A DNA stretch of 64,000 nucleotides from Reyranellales bacterium (lineage in GTDB: Bacteria > Pseudomonadota > Alphaproteobacteria > Reyranellales > Reyranellaceae). Location: assembly GCA_038224985.1 (NCBI GenBank), contig JBBRFD010000004.1, forward strand, positions 3,689-67,688, read 5' to 3'. Positions 63,227 to 64,000 of this stretch are shown here, piece after piece (position 1 is the first letter of the stretch; every line of letters begins with the position of its first letter). A program made the translations under genes and the position numbers. The notes beneath the pieces are model-generated. The model saw only the letters and a program-made list of their open reading frames with translations. It made no database searches and was not told where the DNA came from.

Positions 63227-64000
63227 TGCTCCGCGCAGAGGAAGTCGAAGGCCACCAGTGTGTGGATCTTGGCGACGGCCAAAAGCTCGTCGACCAGGAC
63301 ATACTCGTCCGGTCCGCCCATGTTGAAGGGCGTCAGCCCCAAAACCACGGTCGGCACGCCGTACCGGCGATACCAGCGCGAATCGGAGCAGCCGACCCGC
63401 ATGTTCACCGCCGGCGTCTGGTCCAGCACTTCGGCGGCGACCTCGGCCGTGCGCCTGACGATCTCGTGGCTGGGGTCGGTGAAGGAAGGCTCGAAGCGAC
63501 GGATGGTGCGCCAGGAGATGCCCGGGAGCGGCTTCAGCCAGTCGTCGAGCTTCTGTGCCAGCACCTCGGTGGTGATGCCGACGGGCAGGCGGATGTCGGC
63601 GCTGGCGCTGGCGTGGGTCGGCACGAGATTGGGCGAGCTGCCGCCTTCGATGGTGCCGATATTCACGGTGACCCGCGAGAGCGTGTCGGCTTCGCCCGCG
63701 CCCGACAGCATCTCGGAGATCGGCTTGGCCCCCGAGATCGCCGCGGTAACAATGGGCGGCGCCCGAAAGGGGATCGTCTCCAGTTCCTTCAGCCGATCGA
63801 GCGCCGTCCTCAGGCGATCGATGGCGTTGGTGCCGCGATGGACGTGCGCTCCGTGCGCCGGCGATCCGGTCGCTTCGACCTCGACCCACATCAGGCCCTT
63901 CTCGCCGAAGCGCACCACGCGGGGCGAGCCGGCGTCGCCGCAGATATTGGCGTCGCCGCTGGCATGCGGCAGGTGCTCGAGCAGGTAGCCGGTGCCGAGC
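63223..64000 (-). CDS. M20-family metallo-amidohydrolase (ArgE/DapE-like), 5' part outside window
   Basis: GEKG..W.EVEATG.PAHG, NAI, TVNIGTIEGG..PNLVP, DIR, SDSRWY, DEYV. Confidence 0.82.
   Translation of the reverse strand, partial: LGTGYLLEHLPHASGDANICGDAGSPRVVRFGEKGLMWVEVEATGSPAHGAHVHRGTNAIDRLRTALDRLKELETIPFRAPPIVTAAISGAKPISEMLSGAGEADTLSRVTVNIGTIEGGSSPNLVPTHASASADIRLPVGITTEVLAQKLDDWLKPLPGISWRTIRRFEPSFTDPSHEIVRRTAEVAAEVLDQTPAVNMRVGCSDSRWYRRYGVPTVVLGLTPFNMGGPDEYVLVDELLAVAKIHTLVAFDFLCAEQ

Noticed and set aside
61778-63988. 736 aa plus-strand ORF, and the 536 aa extension of the ureohydrolase ORF (62279-63889)
   Set aside because: Shadow frames; the ureohydrolase starts at about 63226 and the upstream part belongs to the M20 gene in another frame.

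Overview
High-GC, gene-dense chromosomal segment of an aerobic Alphaproteobacterium (UDG/ETF-QO/TPR/ispE gene order, fds-type formate dehydrogenase, alpha-type REP-like palindromes; exact genus not determinable from the sequence). It has about 60 CDS. I saw no rRNA, tRNA, CRISPR array, integrase or transposase. The centrepiece is a ~20 kb oxalate/formate/C1 island (6.3-26.5 kb): malate synthase, a truncated and motif-degenerate oxalyl-CoA-ligase-like gene, an OFA-family MFS, then tctCBA-gntR-oxc-frc-formyltransferase-fhs, divergent from LysR-fdsGBAD. The best novel-system candidate lies inside it. A stand-alone enzyme resembling the formyl-to-phosphopantetheine transfer domain of eukaryotic ALDH1L1 (not tRNA Fmt) sits between frc and fhs. 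It may act as a formyl-THF:CoA formyltransferase linking formyl-CoA with the folate pool (inference). The Frc also carries a highly Lys-rich N-terminal tail. Other notable items: a membrane-anchored mini polymorphic-toxin/immunity-like pair, a single-chain NfnB-NfnA-like flavo-Fe-S protein, an MNT-HEPN TA pair, a ureohydrolase with three altered active-site motifs, and two pseudogenes. All family assignments come from motif recognition by eye, not database searches.
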